This document shows, piece by piece, positions 41,267-54,724 of a DNA stretch of 64,000 nt. Each line of letters opens with the position of its first letter. The stretch's first letter is position 1. The position numbers were made by a program, and so were the translations under genes. A model generated the notes under the pieces. It worked only from the letters and a program-made list of their open reading frames with translations. It searched no databases and had not been told where the DNA came from. The stretch is from Rotaria socialis. Taxonomy: Eukaryota. The stretch lies in NCBI GenBank assembly GCA_905331295.1, contig CAJNYD010000225.1, positions 186,001 to 250,000 of the forward strand, read 5' to 3'.

Positions 41267-42507
41267 TTTAATCTATGGAACAGAACATTTTTTGTAAACA
41301 GTTCTTTATTATGTCTGATAAATACAAAAGAAAAGCAATTTTCTCCATCTTGTCTTATATTTAATTGCCTTTTTTTAAATTTCGAATCTTCAATTTCTGA
41401 AAATCTCGTGTCAAGCATTGCTCTATAGAAAGAATATCGTTTACAGTAAAATCTTTTAAGAGTCTAAATGTGAGTAGCAAGTAATATCATAGTATTTATT
41501 GTTAACGAAATAGCTGCTCGCCTTTTTGTTATTTCTAATCATGATAAGAATTTTTAAAAGACAAGCAAAAAAGGAAAAATTTATGTTATACTCAATATAA
41601 CTGAAATTTAAGGATAGAGCACATCTGAAAAACTTAGAATTTCTAGAAAAATAATAATATTTTTTCAATTACAGGTAGATATCTTTCAGTTTTTATCTTT
41701 GACTCTTTTCATGTGAATGAATCTTATCACCTGACAGTATTCAAAGGAAATTCAGGTGATAGAATCATCAATGAATCTGATGATAAGAATTCAACATATA
41801 TATATCCAATGGCATGCAATGCATAGGTTGTTCTGTTTTTTTTTGCAACCTTCTTGGCTATTGGTTTTTGTTTACAAGTTTTGAGTTTATCACCTCGTAA
41901 GAAGAGGAGCTATATAAATGAAAAAGGCTACCTCTGAATATATAGAGATGTTAGTTCATCAATACGCTCATTTTTACATCATAAGATAGCTGTATACAGT
42001 GTAGTGCAAGATAAAATGACCTCAATTTGTAAACTCGAAGTTTACAGTTCGCGTTTGTTTTTATCTCGGTTTACTAAACTAATGATTATTTTAACTATAT
42101 TTATCTAATTAAAATTTAGTTAATACCTATTAAATTCTGATATTGAACATTCACGTGTGATTGTCATAGAATTTAACCAAAAGTCTATGTAACTCAGCTG
42201 TATTTGAAAAGAATAGACCTTTTGAATTGTTCTTACTAAGTTATTGAAAATAATCTAATTGAGTCTTCGCTATTTTCTTTTACGTTTTATATGCAAATAA
42301 GACTTCTAATTCTTTTTTATTGACAGATCTATAGAATCTAGTTTTCTTCTGAGATCAAATTTTCCATAGTACTCCCTACTATTTTTTTTTTCGATCTGTG
42401 CAGTTCAAGAAAAAATTCTTTTTTTCTATTGTAGATTTTTATTAAGGCAATACAAAAACCTCAACAACATAAAAATCACTCTTCGGTTTGCTTTGAGTTT
42501 AGTAAAA

Positions 42508-45500
42508 ATGCATTCACCGTCATCTAATCATTCACCATCAAGTGAAATCTTACTGAAACGTTTTCGTCTATGGAAACGTCAATATCTTCATATAGTCATT
42601 TATACATCATTATTTTGGATATTTATTGATGTTTTTTTTATAATGTTATTTTCTGATTGTACAAAAGAAATTATTGTACCTTGTCCATCATCTGTATCGA
42701 CTGATAAATATTCTACCATTAGTGAACGTAATGTTCAATTGCACCCAAAGATAATTATCGATAAAATAAGCTATAGAAAGAAGATGCTATTAAATAATCA
42801 AAACATCACTGAAACAGCGAAGAAAAGCATTGCTCCGAAATGGTGGGAAGGTGATTCAGGTTTGTTTTAATGGTATTTCGATTAAAAACAAAAGAATTGT
42901 GCTTGTTTTTGCTTCTATAACAGGTGCAACGAATCCAACGAATTGGCAAGGTGAAGCTGGTCGTGCTGTTGTTATTCCCAATGAATTGAAAGAAGAAGCA
43001 AAAAAACGTTTTGTAGAAAATCAATTTAATATTCTTGCTTCAGATTTGATGGCACTCAATCGTTCAGTTCGAGATCAACGATCACCAAAGTATAAAAAAA
43101 ATTTTTGCATTCTTGATTATGTATTTTCTTGTATGTATAGATGTCTAGCACATAAATTTCCATCTGATTTACCATCAACATCAATTATTATTGTATTTCA
43201 TAATGAAGGTAATTCAACATTACTTCGAACATTAACCAGCATTATTTTACGAAGTCCAATAAAGTATATACATGAAATAATCATGGTCGATGATGCTAGC
43301 ATTAGTCGAGGTAATATTAATGTCAATATATGATTGGTTTTCCATCTCTTATTTCTTTTATTGATAGAATATCTTAAAGATCCATTAGAAACATTTAGTA
43401 AATCATTACCTGTACGAGTTCAAATATTAAGAAATGCGGATCGATTAGGATTAATGAAATCACGTCTAAGAGGTAAATGTGTAAAATATGATAAGCTATT
43501 TAAAAAGTTGTTTTGTTTAATTCATAGGTGCTGAAATAGCTACTGGTGAAACGTTAACATTTCTTGATGCTCATGTTGAATGTTCAGCTGGTTGGCTTGA
43601 ATACTTATTGTATGAAATTAAAAAAGATCGGTATGTAATAGTTTCATTTATAAAAGAAAAGAGCACTTGCTGAGTTTGAAGAAATCTTAGAGTTAAAGAA
43701 GAAACTATGACAAGCGATGAAATTAAGTTGATGTATCAAGCAATATTACTGAGAGATAGTTATCCGAGAAGCGGTAAAAACAAAATAGACATGTGTTTTC
43801 ATATCATTCTCTCTAGAGTTGATACCGTTGTCAATATGTTTCACATTAACTGAAATATAAAGAAAGCCTTGCAGTCAAACTTGAGAATAATGTGCAAGAG
43901 TTTATTGAACTCAATAAAAGTACTCGAATTTCAATATATCGAATCTTATGCGGTTTTCTACTTACAAACAAGGACGATTGTGGTGAAAGTTCACTGATGA
44001 AATGTTTGCCTTGGACAACAAGTTTGAAGTCCTAGAAGTTAACATTTTGACTGTGAAATTATAGAGGAATACAATGAATTTATGAGTAACATACAAAATA
44101 GTACAACAAAAGAGCATCTATTAAATTAGAAAATGATTTGAATTTTAGAACAGCTGTTGTATGTCCAATAATTGATGTAATCAATGATGATGATTTTGCT
44201 TATTTAACTGGTAGTGATATGACTTGGGTATGTTGAGATAAAAATGAATGATTTCATATGAATATTTTTTTTTCTATTTGTTAGGGTGGATTTAATTGGA
44301 GATTAAACTTTCGTTGGTATCCAGTACCACAACGAGAAGAAGTACGACGAAATGGTGATCATTCTTTACCATTATTGTATGATTGACATATTCTATAGCT
44401 TGTCTTCCATTAATTCTAACTTTTGTTTTCGCTAAATGAAACAGATCGCCGACAATGGCTGGTGGTTTATTTACAATAAACCGTGAATACTTTTACGAAA
44501 TTGGTGCTTATGATCCAGGCATGGAAGTGTGGGGCGGTGAAAATTTAGAAATGTCATTTCGTGTTTGGCAATGCGGTGGAAAAGTTCTTATTCATCCATG
44601 TAAGATATATTGAAATTCAACACTATCTTTTTTTTAATCCGATGATTCTTAAAGGTAGTCATGTTGGTCACGTATTTCGTAAACAAACACCATATACGTT
44701 TCCGGGTGGTACTGGCAATGTCATCTATCATAATAATAAGCGGCTTGTTGAAGTATGGCTTGATAAATATAAAGATTTTGTGTATGCCATTATGCCTGGT
44801 TTGTGGTTATTGAGTAAAAATAAAAATATATTTGATCGATTTTTGTTTATATAGAACTGAAACGTGTCGATGCTGGCGATGTGTCAGAACGTCTTGCTTT
44901 TCGAGAACGCCTTAAATGTAAAGATTTTCAATGGTATTTACAAAATATATATCCTGAAAGTTCAATGCCTGTTGATTTTCATCATGTTGGAGCAGTGAGT
45001 TTGATTTTATTTTCCTTTTAATATTTTCAGTGTTTTTAAACATCATATTGACCTATTTCACACTTACTATACCTCTACCTTTCGGATGATTAGTTAAAAA
45101 ATGAAGTACACGGTTGCGTTGATTCATTGGGTTTTAACAATGATAATGGAGCTAATCAAGATGCAGGCATTTTGCCTTGTCAAAATCAAGGTGTAAACCA
45201 GGTGTGTACATTAAGTTTTTGTTTGTCTTATTTCAGATGCGTATGGATTCAATGTCTTGTTTAACTTTTCATCATGTCTACGGTAGTCACGGGACGAATC
45301 GTACGGCTACATTTAACATACAAAAATGTATCGATCGAACGCATTCACCCGTAGCTGCCGTTACCCAGGTTCGGAAAATGAAGCATGTTAAAAAAAACCA
45401 GTTCACTATTGCATGATCATGATAATTTTTGGTTTTCTATTGTTCGACAAATGCATTGATTAGGAACGAATAGGATGCTGATAGATATACTAGAAAGCCA

Positions 45501-46245
45501 TTTGCATGCACAAAAAAAAACAAATTCATAGTGTATTTCTTTCGAACACAATTAAGATTGGAGAATCTCATTGATTTGAGAACTGGCCAATTTGATGAAT
45601 AGAGTCCATGGAATTAACTGCTAAATTTAGCCAACATCAGTTCTTGTGTTCAGTCGGGCTCTAACAATCGCAATTCATTTGTTTAAAGTACATTTTATCT
45701 TTCAATGCAATAATGAACACTTATTTAATTGGCAGTTTTGCTGCATTGTTTTTCCCCCGCTCAATCGATTGATTCTAGTTATATTTGTGTATAGAAAATT
45801 ATATTTTCTCAATTATCATATATTTTATTTGTATAGGAAAATTTTTTTTTTTTATATCACATAGATTTTGGCTTATTCTAAAAAAGGTGAACTTCGTGTT
45901 GATGATCTTTGTATGGAAGGTAGTGCCAATATTGCTATTAAATTGCAAAAATGTTCACTAGGAAATCAGAAACAAATGTGGAACTATAATAATCAGGTAT
46001 ATTCAATTTAGTTCTATTCAATAGCTTAATCTTGCTGTTCTAGACGCGAAATATGAAACATGTTACATCAGGGCAATGTATGACTGCTGATAAAACAAAA
46101 ACTTCTGGCCAATTAATACTTGGTAAGTTAGACTAGCAAGAAAAAAAAGTTTTTTTCTACAACACAACGTGATATTTTAGCTTCTTGTGAAACAGGCGAT
46201 AATGCAAATCAACGATGGTATTTCGATCAACCATTGTTAACATAA
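42508..46245 (+). CDS. Polypeptide N-acetylgalactosaminyltransferase (GT27, GALNT1-like) with C-terminal ricin-type lectin domain
   Basis: Type II TM anchor; [16 protein letters not shown] (DxH), [37 protein letters not shown] and HVGHVFR motifs; QxW repeats; stop at 46243-46245. Confidence 0.93.
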
Positions 46246-47273
46246 TTTTGGTTTAAAATAATACTAGCATGAGTTTGTTTATGTTTTTATGCAGCTGTTA
46301 ATTACTCATTTGTTTGCTATTTATGCTCTCTCTCTCTCTCACTCGCTCACTCACTCTCTTAATATATTACTGCATTTGAAATATGTTTATTTCGTGCTAT
46401 GGGTAACATTCCGTATGTTTTACTTTTTAAATGATTTATAAATTCAATGAGATTCTCTAGTCAAGCATTGCAATCTCTCTGGATTGTTTCTTATTCTCCA
46501 TAGATCGCTTTTAGGAAAAAAATAGAAAGCATGCTTGAAATTTATTTTCTTTTTCTTCTGTTATAAAATTGTATTGATTTTTCATCTCTGTTATCATAAT
46601 GGTTAAAAAATTCATTATTCTAACTTTTTTTTCTCGTTGATTGTGCATTTTATATTTTAGTTGTTCACAAATTTTCTTTTCTCTGATTGTTGATCATCGA
46701 TTAATTTTGTTTCTAAATAAAACATAGAGCTGTTGGAACAAAAATGATGATATGCCGAGAAAAAGAAAGATTTCCAAACGATAGCTAGTATGGTAAATAT
46801 CTAAGGAAAATGCTGCCTAGAAAATAAAACTATTGTCATCATAACTGTGCATTAATGTTTTTCACGAAACGGGTATTAAGTTTAAGTCTCATTCGATATT
46901 TTGGATGGAAATGAGTACATTCGTAAATGAACGCAATTCGTTGTATATTGGTCTAGGATATATATTGTGTTTTAGGTTTCGAATTCAAACGCTAAGTTAT
47001 TAATTTAAAAAGATTTAACTTTCATATGTTATGTCTAAAAGAAATTTTTCGTTTATTTAATAAAGGGCATTTCGAAGAATGTTGGAACTCGCTCGTTCAA
47101 ATAGGTCCTTTCTTTCATTCACAACAGAAAAGTTACAATCAGATCGTTTTTTTTAACAATTTTGTTATGACTTTTTCTTCATTGAGCATTAGTCAAATAA
47201 TTTGTGCTAGACACACCCAGAACGTGTAAAATATTTCGAAACAAACAAAAAGAAAAATAGAAAAAAACATAGA

Positions 47274-49775
47274 TTATTCAGTTGTTTCTGCTGTTGCAGG
47301 GGCTGCCTCTTCAGCTTGAGTTGTTTCTCCAGCTTCAGCTGCTGCTTTTTCGCCAGCCTATAAAAATGAAAGATTTCTAGTAGATAGAAAGAAATTTGCT
47401 GTCGTAGAAAACTAACCAAAGCAGCTTTTCGGTCTCTTTTTCTTTTTTCTTCGTCAACGATTTTCCAGAAATCTTTTTCAGCTTTTTCAATTGGATCAGC
47501 TTCTTTCAATTCTGATTCTAAAGTTGCCCCATCTGTCGTTGCTTTTTCAGTTTTCTTGAACACATAAAAATAACATATAGAAATACAAAAAAATCTAATT
47601 AAAATATGTCACCTCGCCGTGTGCTGATTTTCCTCGAGCATCTCGTCTTGCTCGACCTCGAGCTTCAAGAATTTTTGCACGTCGTGTTTCACGATCAAAC
47701 ATCTAATGTATTCATTAGAAAAAAACTAAGGTATTTTTGATATTGTTAAGTACTTACTCCATTGACTAAAGCTTTTTCACTCTTTCCTTGTACACACAAG
47801 TTATCTGATAGTTCAACTAATGTGACTGTACCATTCTGTGAACCACAAGCGACAAGACGACCATGAGGCTCTTCTACACGTAAACAATGTAGTGGTTCAT
47901 CCACCACTTGAATTGATAAAGTGGGTTCATTTTGTTTAAATAATATATCCCAAACATCCAATGTACCTATGTAAAATTTCAAGATAAACTTATATTTCTT
48001 TTTGCATTGATAAAATCGAAATTGTTTTACCATCCATTTTAGTTGTAAAAAATATAGATGATCTTGTTGGTGACCATTGACCATCGGTAAGTGCATGGAC
48101 GCTTGGTCTAAAAGACGGGAAAATAATTTGTATTTATTTTTAAATTCAATTAATATACGATGAAATTACTTTGTCCACATAATGCAATCGTCTCTCATTT
48201 CTTCTGACCAAATACGTACAGTCCAGTCGCCAACAGATAAAAAATTTTTTAAAAAGTTAGGATGACGTTGAAGTGCATAAACTGGACCCCAATGTCCTGG
48301 AAAAACATTGCCAATTTTTTCGGCATCATTTTTTCCCTTACGATTACATGATATGATACGACCCTGTTCTGTACCAACCATGAATTTAGTTGGCTAGAGA
48401 ATATCAAAGTTATTCGATTGCAATGCCAAGAAAATTTCAACTTACAATAGTTGATTCATATTCTAATGACATAGCACCAAGAGCATTTTCTAGTCGACCC
48501 TTTTTTTCAATATCTAATATTAATGTTTCGACCGGTTCAGATAATTTTTTTGTATCCCACCAAAGAATCTAAAAGTTTAACAATCAGCTTTCACAATATC
48601 ATAGAAAAAACAAACTCTTTAGTTTACTTTGCCATCAGTTGATGCTGAAAAAAATTCTGTGCCTGATTTTGATTGTAACCATACTGTTTTATAAGCTGGA
48701 TCACGATGACTATTTTCAATAAGTGATTGTTCGACAGCTGTACTACCCTTTCGTGTGTCGAATATACCTATACATAAAATGTAGTCAATCGAATCAAACA
48801 AGAATTGTCAACTTACAAACTTGACCATTATAACAACCACCAACTAGTTGATGTGTATCTTTTGGGTTAAACTCAATGCAAACAAGTGGAGATATTGGTT
48901 TTAGATGAAGATCAGGTTTTGTTGGATTTTCTATTTTGATTTATTGAATGAATAAATATGTTAATTCGAAGCTTTTTATTTTTGTAGTTACCCGTATCCC
49001 AGATGTATGAGTCGATAAATGAATCATTGGTACCGGATTGAAATTCAAGATTACAATAAGAAACAGCTAATTTTCTTGCTCCATCAGCATACCATGAAAT
49101 ATGATTTGCAGCACGTCGAGTTTTATGTGGATCACTAAATATTCGAAATTTCACTAAAAAAAACAAATTCAACTAGACTTGTACCGATAGATGTTAACAG
49201 TTTTCGCATATGGTGCTTCTTCAACAACATCGGGCTCTAAATTTTGAAAGTAATTTTCATAAATGTCAACAATATTGTTTTGCTTGATTGTATGTTCAAC
49301 TAACTAAATTAACATATTTATATAGTATCAATTAACGAAACAAACATTAGTAAATATCTACATTTCCAAGTGATAACATGGATCGAGTGAAACCATCTTC
49401 TTTTTCTGTTTTCTTTCGAAAACGTGATGTTTGATCAGGTTCAAGTGGATTTATATCTTTTGGCCAACCACCTTCAACATGATTTATACCTCGATTTTCT
49501 GTTTCAAATCGAACTGTATTTACCTATAGTTATCAAAAGACTTTCTCGTATTAAAAAGAAAACGAAAGGAAATTGAGTTTCGAAAACCGTACCCAATGTT
49601 CAGAAAATTCCCGGACATTTTGTATAGCAAGTTCAACGGGATTACGTGAAATATATTCGCGAGATAGATCGGGATTGGGTGGAATATCAGCAATTGATTC
49701 AACAGCTCGATCTGTAAAAATTACTTGACGACCAAATTCTGATCGTTTCTTTGTGTAAACATGTTGAATATCCAT
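47274..49775 (-). CDS. DNAI2: Axonemal outer-arm dynein intermediate chain 2 (WD40)
   Basis: [78 protein letters not shown] and [15 protein letters not shown] motifs. Confidence 0.93.
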
Positions 49776-50881
49776 TATCGATGTAAACTTGTTGAAGAAA
49801 AGTGATCAAACAATGAAATGAAAACAATTTCATCCACATCAATTTTGCCTCTTAATCAACAGAGCAACCACCTCTTTACTTGTACCATTTATAACAAGAT
49901 GTCGTTGTAGACCATATAATAAACGACTCTTTTGTTTTATTAATGCCTCAGTTACATTGTTTGTTTTACAACCATGAAAGTCATAATTCAAATGTTGTTA
50001 CCTCTTTAGTATAAATATCTTTTCTATTTAATATTTTGAAAGATTCATTTGTAGCTGCATATATTCAATAACTATACTGCTATCTTTTTAATATATTATC
50101 AACGATTTCTCTCGAAATCCAATTAAGTGTTTGTTCATAAAGCCCTATAAGATTATTTGAGAAACCCATGAAAAGTTTGGAATCAGTTAAATCAAATTAA
50201 CGTTGACAACAAAAGACTTACAGATCATAACTTCGAATGAGATAGGATGAGACGAAAAATTCTCCTTTTTTGATTTTAAAACATCTTTTCATTAGAATGC
50301 TAAAATTGACAAAAAAAGATAGGGTGATTAACTAAAGTGACAACGAATTAAAGCGATTATTTTAAAAAATCAGAATACAGTGCAATGTAAGCATAATCCT
50401 ATCGATTTTCAGTGAATACAGTAGTGAATTCGTCCGAACCATTACTACTCAGGTCGAGCTTAACGGAGTCTGCATACGGTGAAATACAGAATATCGTCCA
50501 TATAAGAGGCCTTCAGAAATTTCATAGAATAAGAAAACATTATAGACTATTATAAAAGCTTGTCAGACTTGATAACTCATCAAGATAGTTTTCTGAGATC
50601 TCTATCTTCCTTTCTAGAAAAAAAATTCAAGTAAACAACGAAATTAGATGAGCACCGTGTATGTATAGATAAATCTTTCTCTTTTCTGTTCTTTCCTTTC
50701 TCTCTGGCTGTGTATATTACGATAGGTAGAGAAGAAATGAAAAATGCACAGTATACATAAAAAGAAAGAAAACCACGAAATTATTTTTTTCTGTAATAGT
50801 ATTAGAGTTTTTAATAAATACCCACCTTCTCATAAGAATCTATTGAGTGAGTATTGTATTGTTAAATGACTACTCATTCAA

Positions 50882-52031
50882 CACTAGTCGACGATCCTTC
50901 GATCTGTCCAGATTCTTGTTATTCTTGAACATCAGACAAGATTCTTTTGTCATTCCTTCTGTACAAGATTCTTGCCTGAAAAAGCAGATTTTTACTTTCT
51001 GGCAAGATTCTTCTTTTATCATAATTCTTACCATTTTGACAAAATCCTTCTAATACAAATGAATTTCATCTAGGCATCCATACGATTGCCTCCTCTCGGT
51101 ACTTGTTTGCACATTCCCCGAAAAAAAAAGAATGCCGTCCATTTGTTTTTCTAAACCTAAGAAGATTTATTCGTACATTATATTTTAATTTCGAATTAAA
51201 AAAAATATACGATAACTTCATACGTACAAAAAAAAATTGAAAAAAAAAAGAAAACGAAAACAAATTGAACAAAACTATCTATTTAAAAAATACATCTGTT
51301 ACAGTTCGTCAGCGTTATCTTCATTATCATCTAGAAAGAAAGAAAAAGATATTTACGTTCAAACTTCTGTATATTTATAAGTATATAGACAAAGACATCA
51401 CGTGATATTTTCCCTTAAGATATGATACAAATCGTTGAAAGGAATAGAAAGAAGCAACTTGTCTGAATTTCAGAAATTCTTGAATATCTTCCCATTCTTA
51501 CGCGATTTTTATTTATCTGATCAATCAGACAAGATTGTGTTTTTCTTGAATAACAGGCAAGGATCTTCCCAGGTGAATGAATCCGACAGTGAATCCTATC
51601 AAATCTCGTGGGATCTGACAAGGCGACAAAATCCGATCAGATTCCTGGTCACGGATCTACTAACCACTCCGACGGAAAAAAACATTTTCTTAATCACCAA
51701 TGAATAAGCACATGATGCAAACATAACACATGGGTCGAATACTTATGTTGGATTCCGTTAAATTCCGACACTGGAATCTATCTGATTCCAACACTAGGGT
51801 TCCGATTGTAGGTCCCACACCCGGATACCGATAATATTTCGTCGGTTTAATTAAATCCATACTATATCCGATAAGATTCCGATAGGATCCCACTATCGGA
51901 ATCATTCTTCTGGGTTGTTTCTTTTCTTTCGCGAAAAATCTTGCCTGAATATTATGATCACAAAGAATCTTGTCTGATATTCAAGAAAAACAAGAATCTG
52001 GACAGAACGAAGGCACGATCGTTGACTAAAG
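50882..52031. mobile_element. CACTA/CMC-like non-autonomous element (copy A), inverted relative to 60240-61465
   Basis: Left end CACTAGTCGACGATC, degenerate right end GATCGTTGACTAAAG, many CAAGATTCTT/AAGAATCTTG subterminal repeats. The interior aligns with copy B in reverse. Confidence 0.75.
51568..51914. mobile_element. CCC-ended MITE nested in CACTA copy A
   Basis: ~33-bp TIR CCCAGGTGAATGAATCCGACAGTG / ...CACTATCGGAATCATTCTTCTGGG; 2-bp TSD TT; absent from copy B. Confidence 0.8.
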
Positions 52032-52147
52032 TCTGATGTTTCTGAGTTGTCTATGATCAATAATAAAATAAGTGATCCATATTAATACCTTGTGAATGAA
52101 TTAATGAATCATAATTATAGTCATTATAACTGTCGTTTTTTTTGTAG

Positions 52148-52979
52148 AGAAAACTTCTCAATTTAAAATGCTTTATACTAACTCATGAACCGGAGTTATT
52201 GGTCTACAATAATTTTCTTATTCCACTTTTACATCGAATATCAAATTTACAAGAACTCAGTTTGTATTGTGCCAATCATATTGCACCAGTTATTGATGGT
52301 AATAATTTGAAAGAGAATATTTTCAATCATACGACTAAATTAAAGAAATTCGAATTTAAAATTCGTTCATTATTTCTTTTAATAATCAATTTAATTTACC
52401 GTCAAATGAAGATATACAAAATACATTTAAAAATTCTATGAACAATCAACTAATGTCATGTATTGATTATTTTCTAAAAGAAAACCAAGTTCATTGTCAT
52501 ATTTATTCATATCCGTATGCATTCACGTATTTTGAAAATATAACGAACAATTTTCATGATGAACTATTTAAATGTGTTCGCGAAATATCGTTATTTGATG
52601 AACGTCCTTTCGAACATGAATTCTTGCTTCGAATTGCTAAATCATTCCCCATCTATCAAAAGACTACATTTGTATAATTGGGAGCCGCAAAAGAATGAGA
52701 ATCAATAATGCTCAATCATACAGTGTCTTCATCTTATTGAACTTGATCTTGTTCAAACTCATGAAAATTATGTGGAATAATTTGAATAGTACTAAAAAGT
52801 GTTTATTGAATGATATTTATCTTCGTGTCAATTATAACTCCGTACAGCACGCAACGGGTAATTTTACAAGAGATGCCACACGAATGAGCTGCTCCAAAAT
52901 CAAATGTCTAACTTTATACCATAAGCCAGAATTATCTCCAGATTTAAAAGACTATTTTCCTCATGCAGAAAAATGTTGA
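52148..52979 (+). pseudogene. 3' part of an F-box/LRR-like rotifer-family gene, frameshifted
   Basis: LLHRISNLQELSLY, IDGNNLKENI, HCHIYSYPY, FKCVREISLFDERPFEHEFLLRIAKSFP and RDATRMSCSKI are spread over three frames; same family as 16047-18785. Confidence 0.75.
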
Positions 52980-53296
52980 TTATTGTTATTTATTACTCAA
53001 ATAAACTTTGAAAAATGAACAAATCAATTTTATTTTATTTTATATTTTATAGGAAAAATATACAGTTATTACATGTATCAAAAAGGTTATCGATATGAGT
53101 TATGAGACAAAGAAAAAGGTTACTATACAAAATAGAAAACAATTTGCCTACAATTACAATCATCGATCTAATTAAGTGTTATTATAAGTTATATAAACTA
53201 AATGAAATCCCTTGGTTTTACGCTCAAAAACTAGTTACATATTTGCGTTACCTTACTGTTAACGATAGGTTCGAATGTCAAAATGTCTCGGCAATT

Positions 53297-53438
53297 TAAT
53301 ATTAAATTAGACCAACACGTATGCCAAATCTTTCTGTATTTACAGCAAAGTTTTCATAGTTTAACACTAAAGTATAAAAAAAAAACTCTCGAGAAGAAAA
53401 CAAAGATTTAGGCTAAATGTTGGTCTAATTTAATGTTA
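53297..53438. repeat. Short inverted repeat (~45-bp arms), MITE-like
   Basis: TAATATTAAATTAGACCAACA...AAATCTTT vs AAAGATTT...TGTTGGTCTAATTTAATGTTA. Confidence 0.65.
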
Positions 53439-54458
53439 ACTTCGTAGGAAAACTCGTCAAAATAGACCAAAAAAACATATATCTATGAAAACAACTTTAG
53501 AAAAAATGCTTTCACTCAGTGAATTTTATACAGATCCATGTCGTTCACATCACTCTTTTTGAAGATGAAAACCCGACCTCATAAAGCTTACACATTTGGG
53601 GAGTTAGTCGAAAAATAATTCTTTGCACTTTAAGAACAATTCCGGCCTAAGAAATTGACATTGATCTGTGTCCATCTGCCTGCCTGCTTGTGACAAAGTT
53701 GATAGTACGATATACCTTAGACTGTAAAGGTAAGTCTTAGAAAAAATAAATCATCTGTTTCTGTTGTCTGTTTATTCTTCATTACCATCCTGATTTAGAA
53801 TGACTGTATAGTGTGACTTCAGGGTGAAAATGAGCATTCTTTTGAGTGTTCAACAAAATCTGCTTGGTTGATCAGTGATGTGCAAGTATTACTGAATATA
53901 CAAGTAATTAATCTTTGACAACTAATTAGTCATTTTAAAGATACAATTATCAATAGCAAAATTCCTATGTGATGAATAATATCATTTATTTATTTGTTTT
54001 TTTTTAGAGATACTCCATAACAATGCTAAGGATGTTCAGATATCAGAAAACATGTGGATCAATTGATTTTCAATGTGACTGTATACGATCGCATACGGAG
54101 AAATACGGATCAAAACCGAAATTGTATACAAACTCTGTATGAGGATAGTAAACGACCGTTTTTTCCTCCGCATATCATCATATTGCTTCGTATAGAGTCG
54201 TTTATGGCCACGTTTTCTCAACATGGGATAGGTATAATGGAAGAAGAAAAGAGAATGTACTCCATAACAATAAAAAAGTGCAAAAATGAAAAAAAACTCA
54301 ATTAAAGTTAACTTCTAAGAGGAGATTCTTTTAGTGGTATAACTTGAATATTACTGGGTAATTCGCCGATTTTATTTGTTATAATTAGTCTTGATATTAT
54401 CATACTTTCGACAAATGTATCGAGATAATACAGATCCTAAAATAGATGTATTAATTTG

Positions 54459-54724
54459 CATACATGTCGAACTTGAAACTTGAATTCAACTGAAACTTCA
54501 AGTTTCAACTTTCAAGTTTCAACTTTCAAGTTTCAACTTTCAACTTTCAACTTTCAAGGGTGTGGGGGCCGGGGAAGGGAGATACGCTTGTTTACACACA
54601 CATATGTACCCTTAATGTGGGTGCCGGGGAAGCAGTAGTGTCAGAGCAATAACGTCAAACCTGAAACTTGAAACTTGAAATTTGAAGTTTCAGTTGAATT
54701 CAAGTTTCAAGTTTGACACTACTG
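54459..54724. mobile_element. hAT-type MITE with heptamer-repeat arms and G-rich core
   Basis: Perfect 8-bp TSD TTAATTTG; inverted arms TGTC(G/A)AACTTGAAACTTGAATTCAACTGAAACTTC; tandem TTTCAA(C/G) heptamers. Confidence 0.85.

Noticed and set aside
54558..54621. TGTGGG as an interstitial telomeric repeat
   Set aside because: Only isolated single units inside a MITE; no tandem array.
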